A DNA stretch of 64,000 nt from Acidobacteriota bacterium (GCA_036337765.1 JAYZDP010000139.1:13923-77922), one strand, 5' to 3'; positions 40,415 to 51,135 are shown, numbered from the stretch's first letter. Translations and numbers: made by a program. Notes: generated from the sequence alone by a model not told the origin.

Positions 40415-40488
40415 GCCCCGACCACGGTCGCAAGCAGGTCGTCGTCGCGCAGAACTGGACGGCCGGGCTGACCGAGTAGGATTCGACT

Positions 40489-41223
40489 ATGCCGAGGGCA
40501 CGACTCTCCGTCAACGTGGACCATGTCGCCACCCTGCGCCAGGCGCGGGGGGTCGACTATCCGGATCCGGTGGAGGCGGCGGCGATCGCCGAGGCGGCGG
40601 GCGCAGAGGGGATCACGATCCATATCCGGGTGGACCGGCGCCACATCCAGGAGCGCGACGTGCGGGTGATGCGTGAACGGGTGGCGGGCAAGCTCAATCT
40701 CGAGATGTCGACCGCCGAGGAGATGGTCGACATCGCGCTGGAGACGCGGCCTCACCAGGTGACGTTGGTGCCGGAGCGGGCCGAGGAGGTGACGACCGAA
40801 GGCGGGCTCGACCTCACGACTCAGATGGACCGCATCCGCGAGGTCGCCCAGCGGTTGGCGGCTGGCGGCATCGCGACGTCACTCTTCATCGACCCCGATC
40901 CCGAGCACGTCCGGATCCTGGCCGCCGAGGACAGATCGATGCTACCCGGCTTCGAGATCAACACCGACGCCTACACCCGGGTGAGCGGTGCCGAGCAGGA
41001 TGGGGAGCTCGAGCGAGTACGGGAGGCCGCACTTCAGGGCGCGGATGCGGGGCTTCTGGTCTACGCGGGGCACGGGCTGACGACCGCGAACGTGGGGCCG
41101 ATCTCGGCCATCGAGCCGATCGAGGAGCTCAACATCGGCCACTCGATCGTGTCGCGCGCCGTCCTCGTCGGCCTCCATGCCGCTGTAGGCGAGATTCTCG
41201 AGCACATGTATCCGGGCACCTGA
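40489..41223 (+). CDS. pdxJ: Pyridoxine 5'-phosphate synthase
   Basis: VNVDHVATLRQAR, DRRHI, LVPE...TTEGG, AGHGL and ELNIGH motifs. Confidence 0.95.
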   Translation: MPRARLSVNVDHVATLRQARGVDYPDPVEAAAIAEAAGAEGITIHIRVDRRHIQERDVRVMRERVAGKLNLEMSTAEEMVDIALETRPHQVTLVPERAEEVTTEGGLDLTTQMDRIREVAQRLAAGGIATSLFIDPDPEHVRILAAEDRSMLPGFEINTDAYTRVSGAEQDGELERVREAALQGADAGLLVYAGHGLTTANVGPISAIEPIEELNIGHSIVSRAVLVGLHAAVGEILEHMYPGT

Positions 41224-41260
41224 CCACCTAGTCCGGAGCGATCATCTATGATCGCGATCG

Positions 41261-42175
41261 ATGACCATCCTTACCGAAGGCAAGACCAAGACCATCCGCA
41301 CCGGTGACGTTGCGGGCGAGGTGATTCTCGAGACCAAGGACGAGCTCACCGGCGGCGACGCGGCGAAGCGCGAGACCATCGAGGGCATCGCGGCCCACAA
41401 GACGACGCAGACCTGCAACGTCTTCGGCCTGCTCGAGGCGAACGGGATCCCGACCTCGTTTCTGCGCCGCAACGACGCCACCTCGTTCGTCTGCCGCGGG
41501 TGCGAGATGCTGCCGCTCGAGCTCGTGATCCGACGCTACGCCTGGGGCAGCATGCTCAAGCGCGAGCCCGATCTGGTCTCTACGCGCGAGGCGCCGTACC
41601 GTTTCCCCGATCTCTTGTGTGAGCTCTACCACAAGCACAGCGCGGTCACTCCGCCACTAGTCGACGAGCCGCTACAGATGGACGAGGGCGCCGCCCGCGA
41701 GCACTACCTACGCGACGGCGTGTGGGCCGAAGGCGTCTACACCGATCCCTTGATCCGGGTCGAGGACGGCACCTGGCGGCTCTACTCCGCCAAGGCCCCG
41801 GCGGCGACCGCGCAACCGCTGATGGAGACCGCGGCGATCCTGTCGCCCGACGAGCTCGAGAACGTGCGCACCCAGATCATGCGGCGGACCTTCGAGACCC
41901 TGGAAGAGGCCTGGGCCTCGATCGACACGGCCGATGGCCCGGTCTCGCTGGTCGACATGAAGATCGAGATCGGCCGCACCCGCGATGGCGATCTGGTGGT
42001 GGCTGACGTCATCGACAACGACAGCTGGCGCATCTGGCCCGGCGGCGACCCGACGAAGCAGTTGGACAAGCAGTGCTTCCGCGAGGATCACCCGCTGTCG
42101 GAGGTGGCTGGCAACTATGAGCTCGTAGCGGCCCTCACCGAGCAGTTTCAGCGAGCCGCCAGCGCCGCCTCCTGA
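41261..42175 (+). CDS. purC: SAICAR synthetase (PAICS-like type)
   Basis: EGKTK, PLELVIRR, LVDMKIE, ADVIDNDSWRIW and LDKQ motifs. Confidence 0.85.
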   Translation: MTILTEGKTKTIRTGDVAGEVILETKDELTGGDAAKRETIEGIAAHKTTQTCNVFGLLEANGIPTSFLRRNDATSFVCRGCEMLPLELVIRRYAWGSMLKREPDLVSTREAPYRFPDLLCELYHKHSAVTPPLVDEPLQMDEGAAREHYLRDGVWAEGVYTDPLIRVEDGTWRLYSAKAPAATAQPLMETAAILSPDELENVRTQIMRRTFETLEEAWASIDTADGPVSLVDMKIEIGRTRDGDLVVADVIDNDSWRIWPGGDPTKQLDKQCFREDHPLSEVAGNYELVAALTEQFQRAASAAS

Positions 42176-42182
42176 GCCGCTG

Positions 42183-43088
42183 ATGAAGTGGATTGGCAAC
42201 GTCCTGCGGGGCTTTGCCATGGGGTCGGCCGACGTCGTGCCCGGCGTCTCGGGCGGCACCATGGCCTTCGTCCTCGGTATCTACGAGGACCTGGTCGCGG
42301 CGACGCGGCGATTGACGGACGTCGAGTTTCTAACCCGGTTGCGCCGCTTCGAGCTCCGAGGCGCGCTCGAATACGTCGACTGGCGCCTGCTGGTGTCGGT
42401 CGGCGCCGGCATCGCGCTCGCTGTTTTGACGCTGGCCCCGTTTCTCGAGTGGGCGCTCGAGAACGAACCGGCGCTTCTCTGGTCGTTTTTCTTCGGTCTC
42501 GTACTGGCGTCGATCTGGGTGGTCGGCAGGCGCGTGCCGTCCTGGAACACTTCGAAGGCCGGCCTGGTGGTTGTCGGTGCCGCGTTGGCCTGGATCGTCG
42601 TCGGCCTGGTACCCGTCTCGACTCCCGACGCGGCCTGGTTCGTCCTGCTGAGCGGCTCGCTCGCCATCTGCGCGATGATGCTGCCTGGCATCTCGGGCGC
42701 CTTCATCCTCGTTCTCCTGGGGAAGTACGAAACGGCCCTGAGCGCGGTCAACGAGCGCGACCTGCTCACTCTGTTGCTGCTCGCGTCCGGCGCAGGCCTG
42801 GGACTCCTGGTGTTTGCCAGGTTTCTCAACTGGCTCCTGGCCCGCTTCCACGACGCCACGGTGGCAGTGCTCCTCGGCCTCATGGCCGGCAGCCTGCGTA
42901 AGATCTGGCCGTGGAAGGAGACGCTGACCACGCGCCTTGATCATCACGGCGATCTGGTTGCAGTGCTCGAGCACAACGTCGCACCCGCGCTCGACAACGC
43001 AACCCTGATCGCGATCGCCGTCGCGCTGGCCGGGCTCGTGGCCGTGTTTCTACTCGCCCGCCTCGAGAGTCGGGGCAGCAGTCTCTAG
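42183..43088 (+). CDS. DUF368 family membrane protein
   Basis: GFAMGSADVVPGVSGGT and AMMLPGISG repeats. Confidence 0.9.
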   Translation: MKWIGNVLRGFAMGSADVVPGVSGGTMAFVLGIYEDLVAATRRLTDVEFLTRLRRFELRGALEYVDWRLLVSVGAGIALAVLTLAPFLEWALENEPALLWSFFFGLVLASIWVVGRRVPSWNTSKAGLVVVGAALAWIVVGLVPVSTPDAAWFVLLSGSLAICAMMLPGISGAFILVLLGKYETALSAVNERDLLTLLLLASGAGLGLLVFARFLNWLLARFHDATVAVLLGLMAGSLRKIWPWKETLTTRLDHHGDLVAVLEHNVAPALDNATLIAIAVALAGLVAVFLLARLESRGSSL

Positions 43089-43808
43089 CACCTCTGCTTC
43101 GATCTCTCGCAGGCGCAGGAGAAGCTCGGCGCGCGCCGCCTCCGAGAACGGATTCTCGTTGTGGATGGTGCGAAAGAGCGCACTCGAAGCCTCGCGAAGT
43201 ATCTCCTCGATCTTGAGCAGATGCCGGTATGCAGGCGTCGCCAGGCCGAGGTCGGGCAGCTTGATCTCGCGAAGCGCCTTCGCGATCCAGTGGGTCAGCC
43301 CCTGGATGTAGGCCATCTCCCGGTCGTGATCGCTCGGCGACATCTCGATCACTTCCAGGCCGAGCTCGTCGGCGAGAAAGTCGCGAATCGAGCCCAAACG
43401 AGTGGTCCGTAGCGGGCAGACCACGATCTTGAGGCCGCCAATACCGTCTCGGCCCGACTGCGGCCCGAACATCGGATGGGTGCCGACGATCTCCACCGAG
43501 TCGGGCAGAAGGCGCGGCATCAGCTCTAGCGGCCGAGTCTTCACGGAGCCCACGTCGAGCACGAGGCCCGGCAGCCGTGCGAGGCCCCCCAGCTCCGTTA
43601 GCACCCCTTCCATATCCTGAACCGGAACCGCCAGCACGACCACCTCGCAGGCCGCAGTCTCGACGAGCGACCCGGAGCGCACCCCGAGCTCGGCGGCCCG
43701 CGCGGCCACATCACGGCGGTCGTGGACCACGATGTCGAAGTGAGCCCGCAGGTGCTCGGTCATGAAGCGGCCGAAGCTCCCGAAACCGACGATGCCGAGC
43801 GACCTCAT
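43050..43808 (-). CDS. tyrA: Prephenate/arogenate dehydrogenase
   Basis: GFGSFG, DVGSVK, THPMFGP and HDREMA...QGLTH motifs. Confidence 0.85.
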   Translation of the reverse strand: MRSLGIVGFGSFGRFMTEHLRAHFDIVVHDRRDVAARAAELGVRSGSLVETAACEVVVLAVPVQDMEGVLTELGGLARLPGLVLDVGSVKTRPLELMPRLLPDSVEIVGTHPMFGPQSGRDGIGGLKIVVCPLRTTRLGSIRDFLADELGLEVIEMSPSDHDREMAYIQGLTHWIAKALREIKLPDLGLATPAYRHLLKIEEILREASSALFRTIHNENPFSEAARAELLLRLREIEAEVLETAAPTLEAGE

Positions 43809-43874
43809 GGGCCGCCGACACTAGCAAAAGCCGGCGAATCGACAGGCCCCGCTGGGTTAAGATCGGCGGCTCAG

Positions 43875-45161
43875 ATGCCCGCCCGCAAGCATAGCGTCGC
43901 AGCTCTCGCAGCCGCCATCGGCGCACTCGCGCTGGTGGCCGCCGCCTCGGAGGACGAGGTCGACCGCCTGCGCATCGTCGGTGAAGTGCTCGACGAGGTG
44001 CCGCTCATCGACGGGCACAACGACGTTCCTTGGCAGTACCGGACGAGGGTCGACAACCAGCTCGGGCGCATCGACTTCCACGACACGACGCGGCTGAGCC
44101 CGCCCATGCACACCGACCTGGTCCGGCTGCGCGAGGGCCGGATCGGGGGCCAGTTCTGGTCGGTGTACGTACCCGCCGATTTCGCGGATCGGGGAGCGGC
44201 AACCGCCGTTTTGGAGCAGATCGATGTGGTCCACCGCTTGGCGGCCCGCTATCCGGACTTCCTGGAGGTCGCCACCAGTGCCGACGACGTGGTCCGCATC
44301 CATGGCGCCGGCAAAGTCGCATCGCTGATCGGCATGGAGGGTGGGCACGCTATCGAGAACTCGCTGGCAGTCCTGCGCCAGCTCTACGGCGTCGGCGCGC
44401 GCTACATGACCCTCACCCATTCGGCCAACGTCGATTGGGCGGACTCGGCAACCGATCGCGCCGAGCACAACGGCCTCAGCGGCTTCGGTGACGAGGTGGT
44501 GCGCGAGATGAACAGGCTCGGCATGCTGGTCGATCTGTCTCACGTATCCGCGAAGACCATGCACGACGCCCTCGACGTGACCGAGGCGCCGGTGATCTTC
44601 TCCCACTCGTCTGCCAGGGGTGTTACCGACCATCCGCGCAACGTGCCCGACGCCGTGCTGCGCCGCCTACCCGAGAACGGAGGGGTCGTCATGGTCACCT
44701 TCGTACCCCCCTACATCAACGACGGAGTCCGCCAGCACACGGCGGCGGTGGAGCGCGAGACCGAACGGCTCGAGCGCACGCTCGGCGACGAGGAGGCAGT
44801 GCGGGCGGCAGTACGGCGCTTCTCGGCCGAGCATCGCGCCGCCCCCGCCAGCCTCGCCGACGTCGCTGACCACATCGATTACATTCGCGAGATCGCCGGC
44901 ATCGAGCACATCGGCATCGGCTCGGACTACGACGGCATCACCTCGGTGCCGGCAGGGCTCGAGGACGTCTCCCGTATCCCGCATCTGCTGGCCGAGCTTC
45001 TGGCCCGTGGCTACAGCCGCGACGACATCGCACAGATCGGCGGCCGCAACCTGATTCGGGTCATGCGTCAGAGCGAAGCTTTGGCGCTGCGGCTGCAGGC
45101 CGAGCGCTTCGCTTCGGACCGACTGTTCGGCGGACCCCGCCAGGCCGGGAACGCTCCGTGA
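43875..45161 (+). CDS. Membrane dipeptidase (M19)
   Basis: IDGHND, GMEGGH, DLSH, SHS and IGSDYDG motifs. Confidence 0.92.
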   Translation: MPARKHSVAALAAAIGALALVAAASEDEVDRLRIVGEVLDEVPLIDGHNDVPWQYRTRVDNQLGRIDFHDTTRLSPPMHTDLVRLREGRIGGQFWSVYVPADFADRGAATAVLEQIDVVHRLAARYPDFLEVATSADDVVRIHGAGKVASLIGMEGGHAIENSLAVLRQLYGVGARYMTLTHSANVDWADSATDRAEHNGLSGFGDEVVREMNRLGMLVDLSHVSAKTMHDALDVTEAPVIFSHSSARGVTDHPRNVPDAVLRRLPENGGVVMVTFVPPYINDGVRQHTAAVERETERLERTLGDEEAVRAAVRRFSAEHRAAPASLADVADHIDYIREIAGIEHIGIGSDYDGITSVPAGLEDVSRIPHLLAELLARGYSRDDIAQIGGRNLIRVMRQSEALALRLQAERFASDRLFGGPRQAGNAP

Positions 45162-46006
45162 GCGAGACACCAGAGGCCGGCACCGCCGTTGCACCTCGGA
45201 GCGCCTCGACAGTGTTGTTGCTCCGGGACGCGACCGACGGTCCAGAAGTCTTCATGGTCGAGCGTCACCAAGGCTCGCGCTTCATGGCCGGCGCCTACGT
45301 CTTTCCGGGCGGACGCGTCGATCCCGACGACAGTGACGTCGAGACCTTCTGCGTCGGTCTCGACGACGCCACAGCTTCGGCGCGCCTGCATCTTGCCGAG
45401 GGTGGGCTGGCCTACTACGTTGCCGCGATTCGCGAATGCTTCGAGGAGGCGGGAGTGCTGCTGGCCTATGGCGACGACGATTCGCTGATCGACACCAGCA
45501 ACCACCCCGAGCTGGGTCCCCGCATCGACTCACTACGCTCGGCACTGAATAGTCGCAAGATCGGCTTCCTCGACCTGGTTCGCCAGGAGGGCTGGCGTCT
45601 CGCTACCGATCACATGCACTACTGGGCCCACTGGATCACTCCGGAAGACTCCCCGGTGCGCTTCACGACACGCTTCTTTCTGGCGGCAGTGCCCTCCGAT
45701 CAGGCGGCGGTCCACGACGACGCCGAGGTGACGGGCTCGGCGTGGGTCACTCCCCGAGCGGCGCTGCGCAAAGCCGAGCGCGAGGAGTGGGCGATCATCT
45801 TCCCGACGCTGCGCAACCTCGAGACCATCTGCGATTTCTCGACGGTTGCCGAGGCGGAGGCCGCGGCGCTCGAAAGGCGCGCGATCGAGACACTCCAGCC
45901 GATCATCCTCCACCGCGATGGCGGCATCCAGGCCGTGCTGCCCGGAGACGAAGGCTACGAGGAGGCGCTCGCCGCCGCTGACTGCGCCAAGGAAGATGGC
46001 CAGTGA
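45158..46006 (+). CDS. NUDIX hydrolase (NUDT19-like)
   Basis: VFPGGRVD...[11 protein letters not shown] and HWITP...RF motifs. Confidence 0.88.
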   Translation: MSETPEAGTAVAPRSASTVLLLRDATDGPEVFMVERHQGSRFMAGAYVFPGGRVDPDDSDVETFCVGLDDATASARLHLAEGGLAYYVAAIRECFEEAGVLLAYGDDDSLIDTSNHPELGPRIDSLRSALNSRKIGFLDLVRQEGWRLATDHMHYWAHWITPEDSPVRFTTRFFLAAVPSDQAAVHDDAEVTGSAWVTPRAALRKAEREEWAIIFPTLRNLETICDFSTVAEAEAAALERRAIETLQPIILHRDGGIQAVLPGDEGYEEALAAADCAKEDGQ

Positions 46007-46857
46007 GCGTCCCCGCCACACGCCCCGACATGCCGGTTCCCGGCGAGCTGTCGCAGCTCTCCCCACGGGTGCGCAGAATCACCCAGGACAACCCCTCGGT
46101 CTTCACCGGTGCGGGGACGAACACCCACCTGGTGGGAACCCGCAACCTGTTCATCCTCGACCCGGGACCCGACGACGATGCCCACTTCGAACGGATCGTC
46201 GAGGCGGTGGGCGACGCCGGCGTGGCCGCCGTCATTCCGACCCACCACCACGATGACCACTGGCCCCTCGCACCCCGCCTGGCGGAGCACTTCGGGGCGC
46301 CGACGCTGGGGTTCGCGGTGGAGGGCAACTACACCCCGGACCGACTGGTGCGAGACGGCGAGGAGCTCGCCACGGCAGACGTCAGCCTCACAGCGATCCA
46401 CACTCCGGGCCATGCACCGGATCACCTGTGCTACCTGATGCGCGAGGAGCCGACGCTCTTCTCCGGCGACCATGTCATGGGCTGGTCGACCTCGGTGATC
46501 GCGCCACCCAAGGGCAACCTCAACGACTTCATGGCCTCGCTGCGCCGGCTGAGGGACGTGGCACACGAGCGCATGATCCCGGCCCACGGCCTGCCGATCT
46601 CGACGCCCTACGACCGCATCGAGGAGATCTACGCCCACCGCGAGCAGCGCACCGCGCAGGCCCTTGCGGCTATGGGCGCGGGCCTCGACAAGATCCCGGA
46701 AATGGTCGTTTCAATCTACGCCGACATCGACCAGAAGCTCCACCGGCCCGCCGCATGGTCTCTTCTCGCCCACCTGCAGGCGCTCGTCGAGGACGGACGT
46801 GTCACGATGCAGGGCGAGGCCAACGAGCCCCTCGAAGCGCACTGGCACCTCTCTTGA
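46003..46857 (+). CDS. MBL-fold hydrolase (LACTB2-like)
   Basis: NPSVFTGAGTN, THHHDDH, TPGHAPDH and SGDH motifs. Confidence 0.88.
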   Translation: MSVPATRPDMPVPGELSQLSPRVRRITQDNPSVFTGAGTNTHLVGTRNLFILDPGPDDDAHFERIVEAVGDAGVAAVIPTHHHDDHWPLAPRLAEHFGAPTLGFAVEGNYTPDRLVRDGEELATADVSLTAIHTPGHAPDHLCYLMREEPTLFSGDHVMGWSTSVIAPPKGNLNDFMASLRRLRDVAHERMIPAHGLPISTPYDRIEEIYAHREQRTAQALAAMGAGLDKIPEMVVSIYADIDQKLHRPAAWSLLAHLQALVEDGRVTMQGEANEPLEAHWHLS

Positions 46858-46862
46858 ACTAG

Positions 46863-47048
46863 TCGCAGGATGCACTTTCGCTCGGTGAGGCGACGGTGTG
46901 CCACATGAAGGCCTTCCGGCGCGGCAACAAGCTCAAGATCGTGTCGCGCGACGAGCGAGTGTGGAATCTGATCGAGTCGCTGAAGCTCGATCGCATCCTC
47001 GATTGCCATCGCAGCGAAGAAGCCGCCCTAGCCGACTTCGTTCAGTAG
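46863..47048 (+). pseudogene. C-terminal half of a STAS anti-sigma-factor antagonist
   Basis: DALSLGEATVCHMKAFRRGNKLKIV...VWNLIESLKLDRILDCHRSEEAALADF, preceded by an in-frame TAG. Confidence 0.65.
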
Positions 47049-47155
47049 CGGGGCCGCGGTGGTCATTGTTGACGGACTTGTTTGGATCTAGCGCGCTCAT
47101 ACCGCGACCCCGCTACTCATGCTGCGCCTCCGGGGGAGGCTCGCCGCGCAGGCCC
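47044..47155 (-). repeat. Structured intergenic repeat, copy 3 (17-bp inverted repeat 47044-47060/47101-47117 plus leader 47127-47155)
   Basis: Stem has one G-T pair. The leader matches copy 1 at 27 of 29 positions, and the stem shows compensatory changes relative to copy 1. Confidence 0.75.
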
Positions 47156-47172
47156 GGAACCAGAGTCTCGCG

Positions 47173-48846
47173 CTAGGGGTCTTCTATCCGTGTGCCGGCG
47201 CCGGCTACTAGTTCGTGGTAGCTGCCGACCTGGATGTCGGAGAAACGCTCGCGGCGGCCGTCTGGCCAACGCACGACGACCGAGACCTTCTTCTTTGCGG
47301 CCTCGCCGAGGGCGATGACCACTCGGGGGTCGCGGGCGGAGGCGTAGCTGCCGTCGGTGTGGACTATGCGCGTGGCTGCGGCGGGGCCTTCTAGCTCGGC
47401 GAAGACGGTGGCTCCGTGCGCGTCTCGGCCACCGGCTTGGAGGCGCAGGCGTAGGCCGATCCATGGCCGTGAGGTGTCGGCTTCGTTGCGCAGCGCCTGG
47501 ACGGGGCCGCTGTTGTTGGTGACGACGACGTCGGTGTCGCCGTCGTTGTCGATATCGCCAAAAACCGCGCCGCGGCTGACCCCGGAGACCGCGAAGGCGG
47601 GGCCGGCGACGGCGGTGACGACGTAGAACTCACGCCCACCGTTGGAGCGAAAGAGCTGGTTGTTCTCGTCGAGAGGGTACGGATCGGCCTGCCTGTCCGA
47701 GCCTGGCGGAAAGGTCACTCCGCCGTTGACGACCAGCAGATCGAGCCAGCCATCGAGGTCGTAGTCGACGAACCCGGTGCCGAAAGACGTGTAGCTCCAG
47801 CTCGGCGTGGCCAGGCCCGCCATCTCTGTCGAGTCCTCGAAAAAACCCCGGCCGTCGTTGACGTACATGGTGTTGGTTTCGCGGCTGAAGTGGGTCATGA
47901 AGATGTCGACGTCACCATCGGCATCGAAGTCCGCCGCGTCGACGCCCATCGACGCTTCCGCTCGACCCTCGGAGTTCAGCGAGCTCCCGGACGCCAGGCC
48001 CTGGTTGCGAAACCTGCCGTCCCCCTGATTGATCCACAGCTGGTTGGGCGTCAGATCGTTGGCGATGTAGAAGTCGACGAGACCGTCGCCGTCGAAATCC
48101 GCCGTCGACACGCCGAGCCCGTTTCCCGGCTCCTGGGTAAGGCCGGCCCTGGCGCTGACGTCGGCGAACGAGCCGTCACCGAGATTGCGGTACAGGCGGT
48201 CGGCGGCCGGGCCGTAGGCCTTCGGCAGGCAGTAGTCGTGCACACCGCGCTCGTTGAGGCAGGTCTTGTGCGCGCCGTAGGAGTACGTCAGGTAGTTGGC
48301 GACCACCAGGTCGAGCCAGCCGTCGGCGTCTAGGTCGACAAACGACGCGGAGCTTGAGAAGCGCGCGTCGCCCACTCCGGCGCGTGCCGTTGCGTTCTCG
48401 AAGCGACCCTCGCCGAGGTTGCGCCAGAGCTGATTGGCACCGAAGTTGGTGACGTAGAGATCGATATGGCCGTCGCTATCGTAGTCGCCCGTCGCGACAC
48501 CGATGCCGTAGCCCACGGCCTCGATGCCGCTCGCCTCGGTGACATCGACGAACTGCGCCACGCCATCGGTGAGGTCGTTGCGAAACAGTCGATCACGCAG
48601 CGGAAGGGGCTCGCGCGGCGGCACGATCGCGTCGTCCAAGGTGAGGCCAGGGCCGAGCATCGCGCCCTGGACGAGGTAGAGGTCGAGGTCGCCGTCACCG
48701 TCATAGTCGAACAGCGCCCCGCCGCTGCCGACCACCTCCGGATAGTAGAGGCGTCCCGACATGCCGTTGAAGTGGTGAAACGACAGCCCCCATTCCGCGG
48801 TCGCGTCCGAGAACGGCGCGGCTGCCGGCAGTAGCACTAACGACAT
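47173..48846 (-). CDS. CRTAC1-family FG-GAP/ASPIC-UnbV protein (type A)
   Basis: Many DxDxDGxxD repeats; C..DYC motif; UnbV GSYASARDPR...V.WPDG. Confidence 0.88.
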   Translation of the reverse strand: MSLVLLPAAAPFSDATAEWGLSFHHFNGMSGRLYYPEVVGSGGALFDYDGDGDLDLYLVQGAMLGPGLTLDDAIVPPREPLPLRDRLFRNDLTDGVAQFVDVTEASGIEAVGYGIGVATGDYDSDGHIDLYVTNFGANQLWRNLGEGRFENATARAGVGDARFSSSASFVDLDADGWLDLVVANYLTYSYGAHKTCLNERGVHDYCLPKAYGPAADRLYRNLGDGSFADVSARAGLTQEPGNGLGVSTADFDGDGLVDFYIANDLTPNQLWINQGDGRFRNQGLASGSSLNSEGRAEASMGVDAADFDADGDVDIFMTHFSRETNTMYVNDGRGFFEDSTEMAGLATPSWSYTSFGTGFVDYDLDGWLDLLVVNGGVTFPPGSDRQADPYPLDENNQLFRSNGGREFYVVTAVAGPAFAVSGVSRGAVFGDIDNDGDTDVVVTNNSGPVQALRNEADTSRPWIGLRLRLQAGGRDAHGATVFAELEGPAAATRIVHTDGSYASARDPRVVIALGEAAKKKVSVVVRWPDGRRERFSDIQVGSYHELVAGAGTRIEDP

Positions 48847-48875
48847 TCCGGCGACGAGAATCCGACGGGCCGGCT

Positions 48876-51059
48876 TCAGTGCTCACCCCCGAGGCTGAGC
48901 TCGGCGACGGACACCGCCACGAGCTCGGAGCTGCCCTCCACGACCCGGTAGACGTGATTGGCGGCCACGTCGGCGAAGACCTGAGTCGGTCCGGGAGCGG
49001 GCCAACGGACGGTCAGGCGCTCGATCGAGCTCGCCTCGCCGATTCCCAACTCCTGCTGCAGGCTAGACCCGCCGAAGGAGCCGCCACCGCCCACCAGCGC
49101 GTGAAACGACCGATTTCCCCCTGGGCCCGAAACCTCGAGCTCGATGCGGGCTCCGACGCCGAAGGAGTTGGCACGCGCACCTTCGAGCCGCAGTGTGACC
49201 CAGTTTCCTCCGCCGCCGGGATTCTCGAACAGGCTGTTGGCGTAGGTGTCGCCGGGATAGAAACCGCCGAGCTGATGGAAGAGGTCCTGATCGCCGTCGT
49301 TGTCGACGTCGCCGAAGGCCACGCCATGGCCCTTCTGGATGTGCGCGAAACCACCGACGAAGCTGACGTCGACGAAGCGCCCGGCAGTGTTGCGGTACAT
49401 GACGTTCGGCATCAGGCTCGCCAGGTCCGGCTCGCCGGTGCCGAGATAGATGTCGAGCCAGCCGTCGTTGTCGAGGTCCCCGTAGTTGGCGCCCATCGGC
49501 ATCAGCGGGCGCTCGAGGCCGACCTCGGCGGAGACCTCGGTGAAACGCCCGCCGTCGTTGCGATAGAGCAACGGTTGCCCGTCGTCGAACGACAGACCGA
49601 AGTAGGAGCCCGAGACCCGCGCGGGCTGCTGGCGGTAGTCGGCGACGAAGATATCGAGGTCGCTGTCGTTGTCGTAATCGAAGAACCACGCCGGGAAGCT
49701 CTCGCGCACCGGAGCCGTGACTTCCAGCTCCGGCGCCACGTCGACGAAGCGCCCGCCGCCGTCGTTGCGGTACAGGCGGTTCTCGCCGATGTTCGAAACG
49801 TAGAGATCGGGATCGCCGTCGTTGTCGTAGTCGCCCCAGGTCACCGCCTTGGTGTAGCGGTTGTTGGTGACTCCGGCCGCCGCCGCCACCTCACGGAAAC
49901 GCCCGTCGCCCTCATTGCGGAACAGCTGGTTCGGAAAGGCGTGAAGGAAGGTCCACTCGTTGCCGACGTAGACGTCGAGGTCGCCGTCGGCATCGTAGTC
50001 GGCCCAGGCGGCGGTGCCGGAGGCGAAGGCCGGCTCCGCCATGCCCGCGGCGCGGGTCACATCGACGAACTGTCCCACCTGGGTGTCGAGCTGGTTGTGC
50101 AGCAGTGAGTTGCGGATCCGGCCCTCACTCAGCAACCAGGCACCGCGCAAGACCAGCAGATCGAGCATGCCGTCGTCGTCGTAGTCGGCCTGCACCAGGT
50201 TGAGCCCGCCCAGCTGCCCGCTGAGGCCCCAGGCTTCGGTGACGTTCTCGAAGCCGCCACGCCCGTCGTTGCGGTAGGCCTTCATCGCGTCGCACGGATC
50301 CCAGGTCGTCGCCAACAGGTCCAGATGCCCGTCGCCGTCGAAGTCGTCCATGACCGCTCCACCCGCGAGATCGACCTCCGCCAGCCCCAGCTCCGGAGCC
50401 CGGTCGCGCCATCGGTCGAGCTGGGCATCGTTGGCGAGCGCGCCCGCCGGCAGCCGCAGGTTCTCCGGCACTCCGTCGGGCCAGTCGCCCGAGACCTGTC
50501 GAACCACGTTCAGCAACCACGCAGCCTGAACGTTGCGCGGGTGCCGGCCAGCGTAGTCCGCCAGTACGTCGCCGGCCCTTCGAGCGGCCTCGGGGCGGGT
50601 GTGGATACCCTCCTTCGTCACCGGCAACAGGCACGAGGCGGCATTGTGGTGGCCGATGCAGTTCTGGTCCTCGGCGAGCTGGATCCAGGCCAGAGCCAGG
50701 TGCCACTCGAGCGACGACACCAGCCCTCCCTCGGGCGCCGACGTGGCAGACACCTCGGCCAGGGCCTCGTCGAGCAGCTCGATGGCCGCCGCAGGATCAC
50801 CTAGCTTGAGCCTCTCCCGGGCCAGAATCCCTTTCCACCCTGCGCGCGTCGCCACATCTCCGCCGCCGGTCTCGAGCTGGGCCGTCGTCTCGAGCGCCAG
50901 GCGGTCGCTGAAGTAGAGGTTGTCGCCGGTTCTCAGACGCTCACAGACGGCCTCGAAAGTCTCGGCGCCTCTCGCGCCGGTTCCCGCAAGGACCGCCACG
51001 ACGGCGACTAGAAAGCGGAATGCCACGCCGCCAAGGCGCCCTGAAGCCAGAGCCGACAT
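48876..51059 (-). CDS. CRTAC1-family protein with N-terminal TPR-like region (type B)
   Basis: NCIGHHNAASC motif; FG-GAP repeats; HIQKGHG; GGSFGG UnbV domain. Confidence 0.88.
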   Translation of the reverse strand: MSALASGRLGGVAFRFLVAVVAVLAGTGARGAETFEAVCERLRTGDNLYFSDRLALETTAQLETGGGDVATRAGWKGILARERLKLGDPAAAIELLDEALAEVSATSAPEGGLVSSLEWHLALAWIQLAEDQNCIGHHNAASCLLPVTKEGIHTRPEAARRAGDVLADYAGRHPRNVQAAWLLNVVRQVSGDWPDGVPENLRLPAGALANDAQLDRWRDRAPELGLAEVDLAGGAVMDDFDGDGHLDLLATTWDPCDAMKAYRNDGRGGFENVTEAWGLSGQLGGLNLVQADYDDDGMLDLLVLRGAWLLSEGRIRNSLLHNQLDTQVGQFVDVTRAAGMAEPAFASGTAAWADYDADGDLDVYVGNEWTFLHAFPNQLFRNEGDGRFREVAAAAGVTNNRYTKAVTWGDYDNDGDPDLYVSNIGENRLYRNDGGGRFVDVAPELEVTAPVRESFPAWFFDYDNDSDLDIFVADYRQQPARVSGSYFGLSFDDGQPLLYRNDGGRFTEVSAEVGLERPLMPMGANYGDLDNDGWLDIYLGTGEPDLASLMPNVMYRNTAGRFVDVSFVGGFAHIQKGHGVAFGDVDNDGDQDLFHQLGGFYPGDTYANSLFENPGGGGNWVTLRLEGARANSFGVGARIELEVSGPGGNRSFHALVGGGGSFGGSSLQQELGIGEASSIERLTVRWPAPGPTQVFADVAANHVYRVVEGSSELVAVSVAELSLGGEH

Positions 51060-51135
51060 CGCGTCAGTATAGCTAGCAGCGGTCGGCGACGCTCCTGCCG
51101 GACAAGGCGACAAGGGCCTTTGCTAGCATCGCTCC

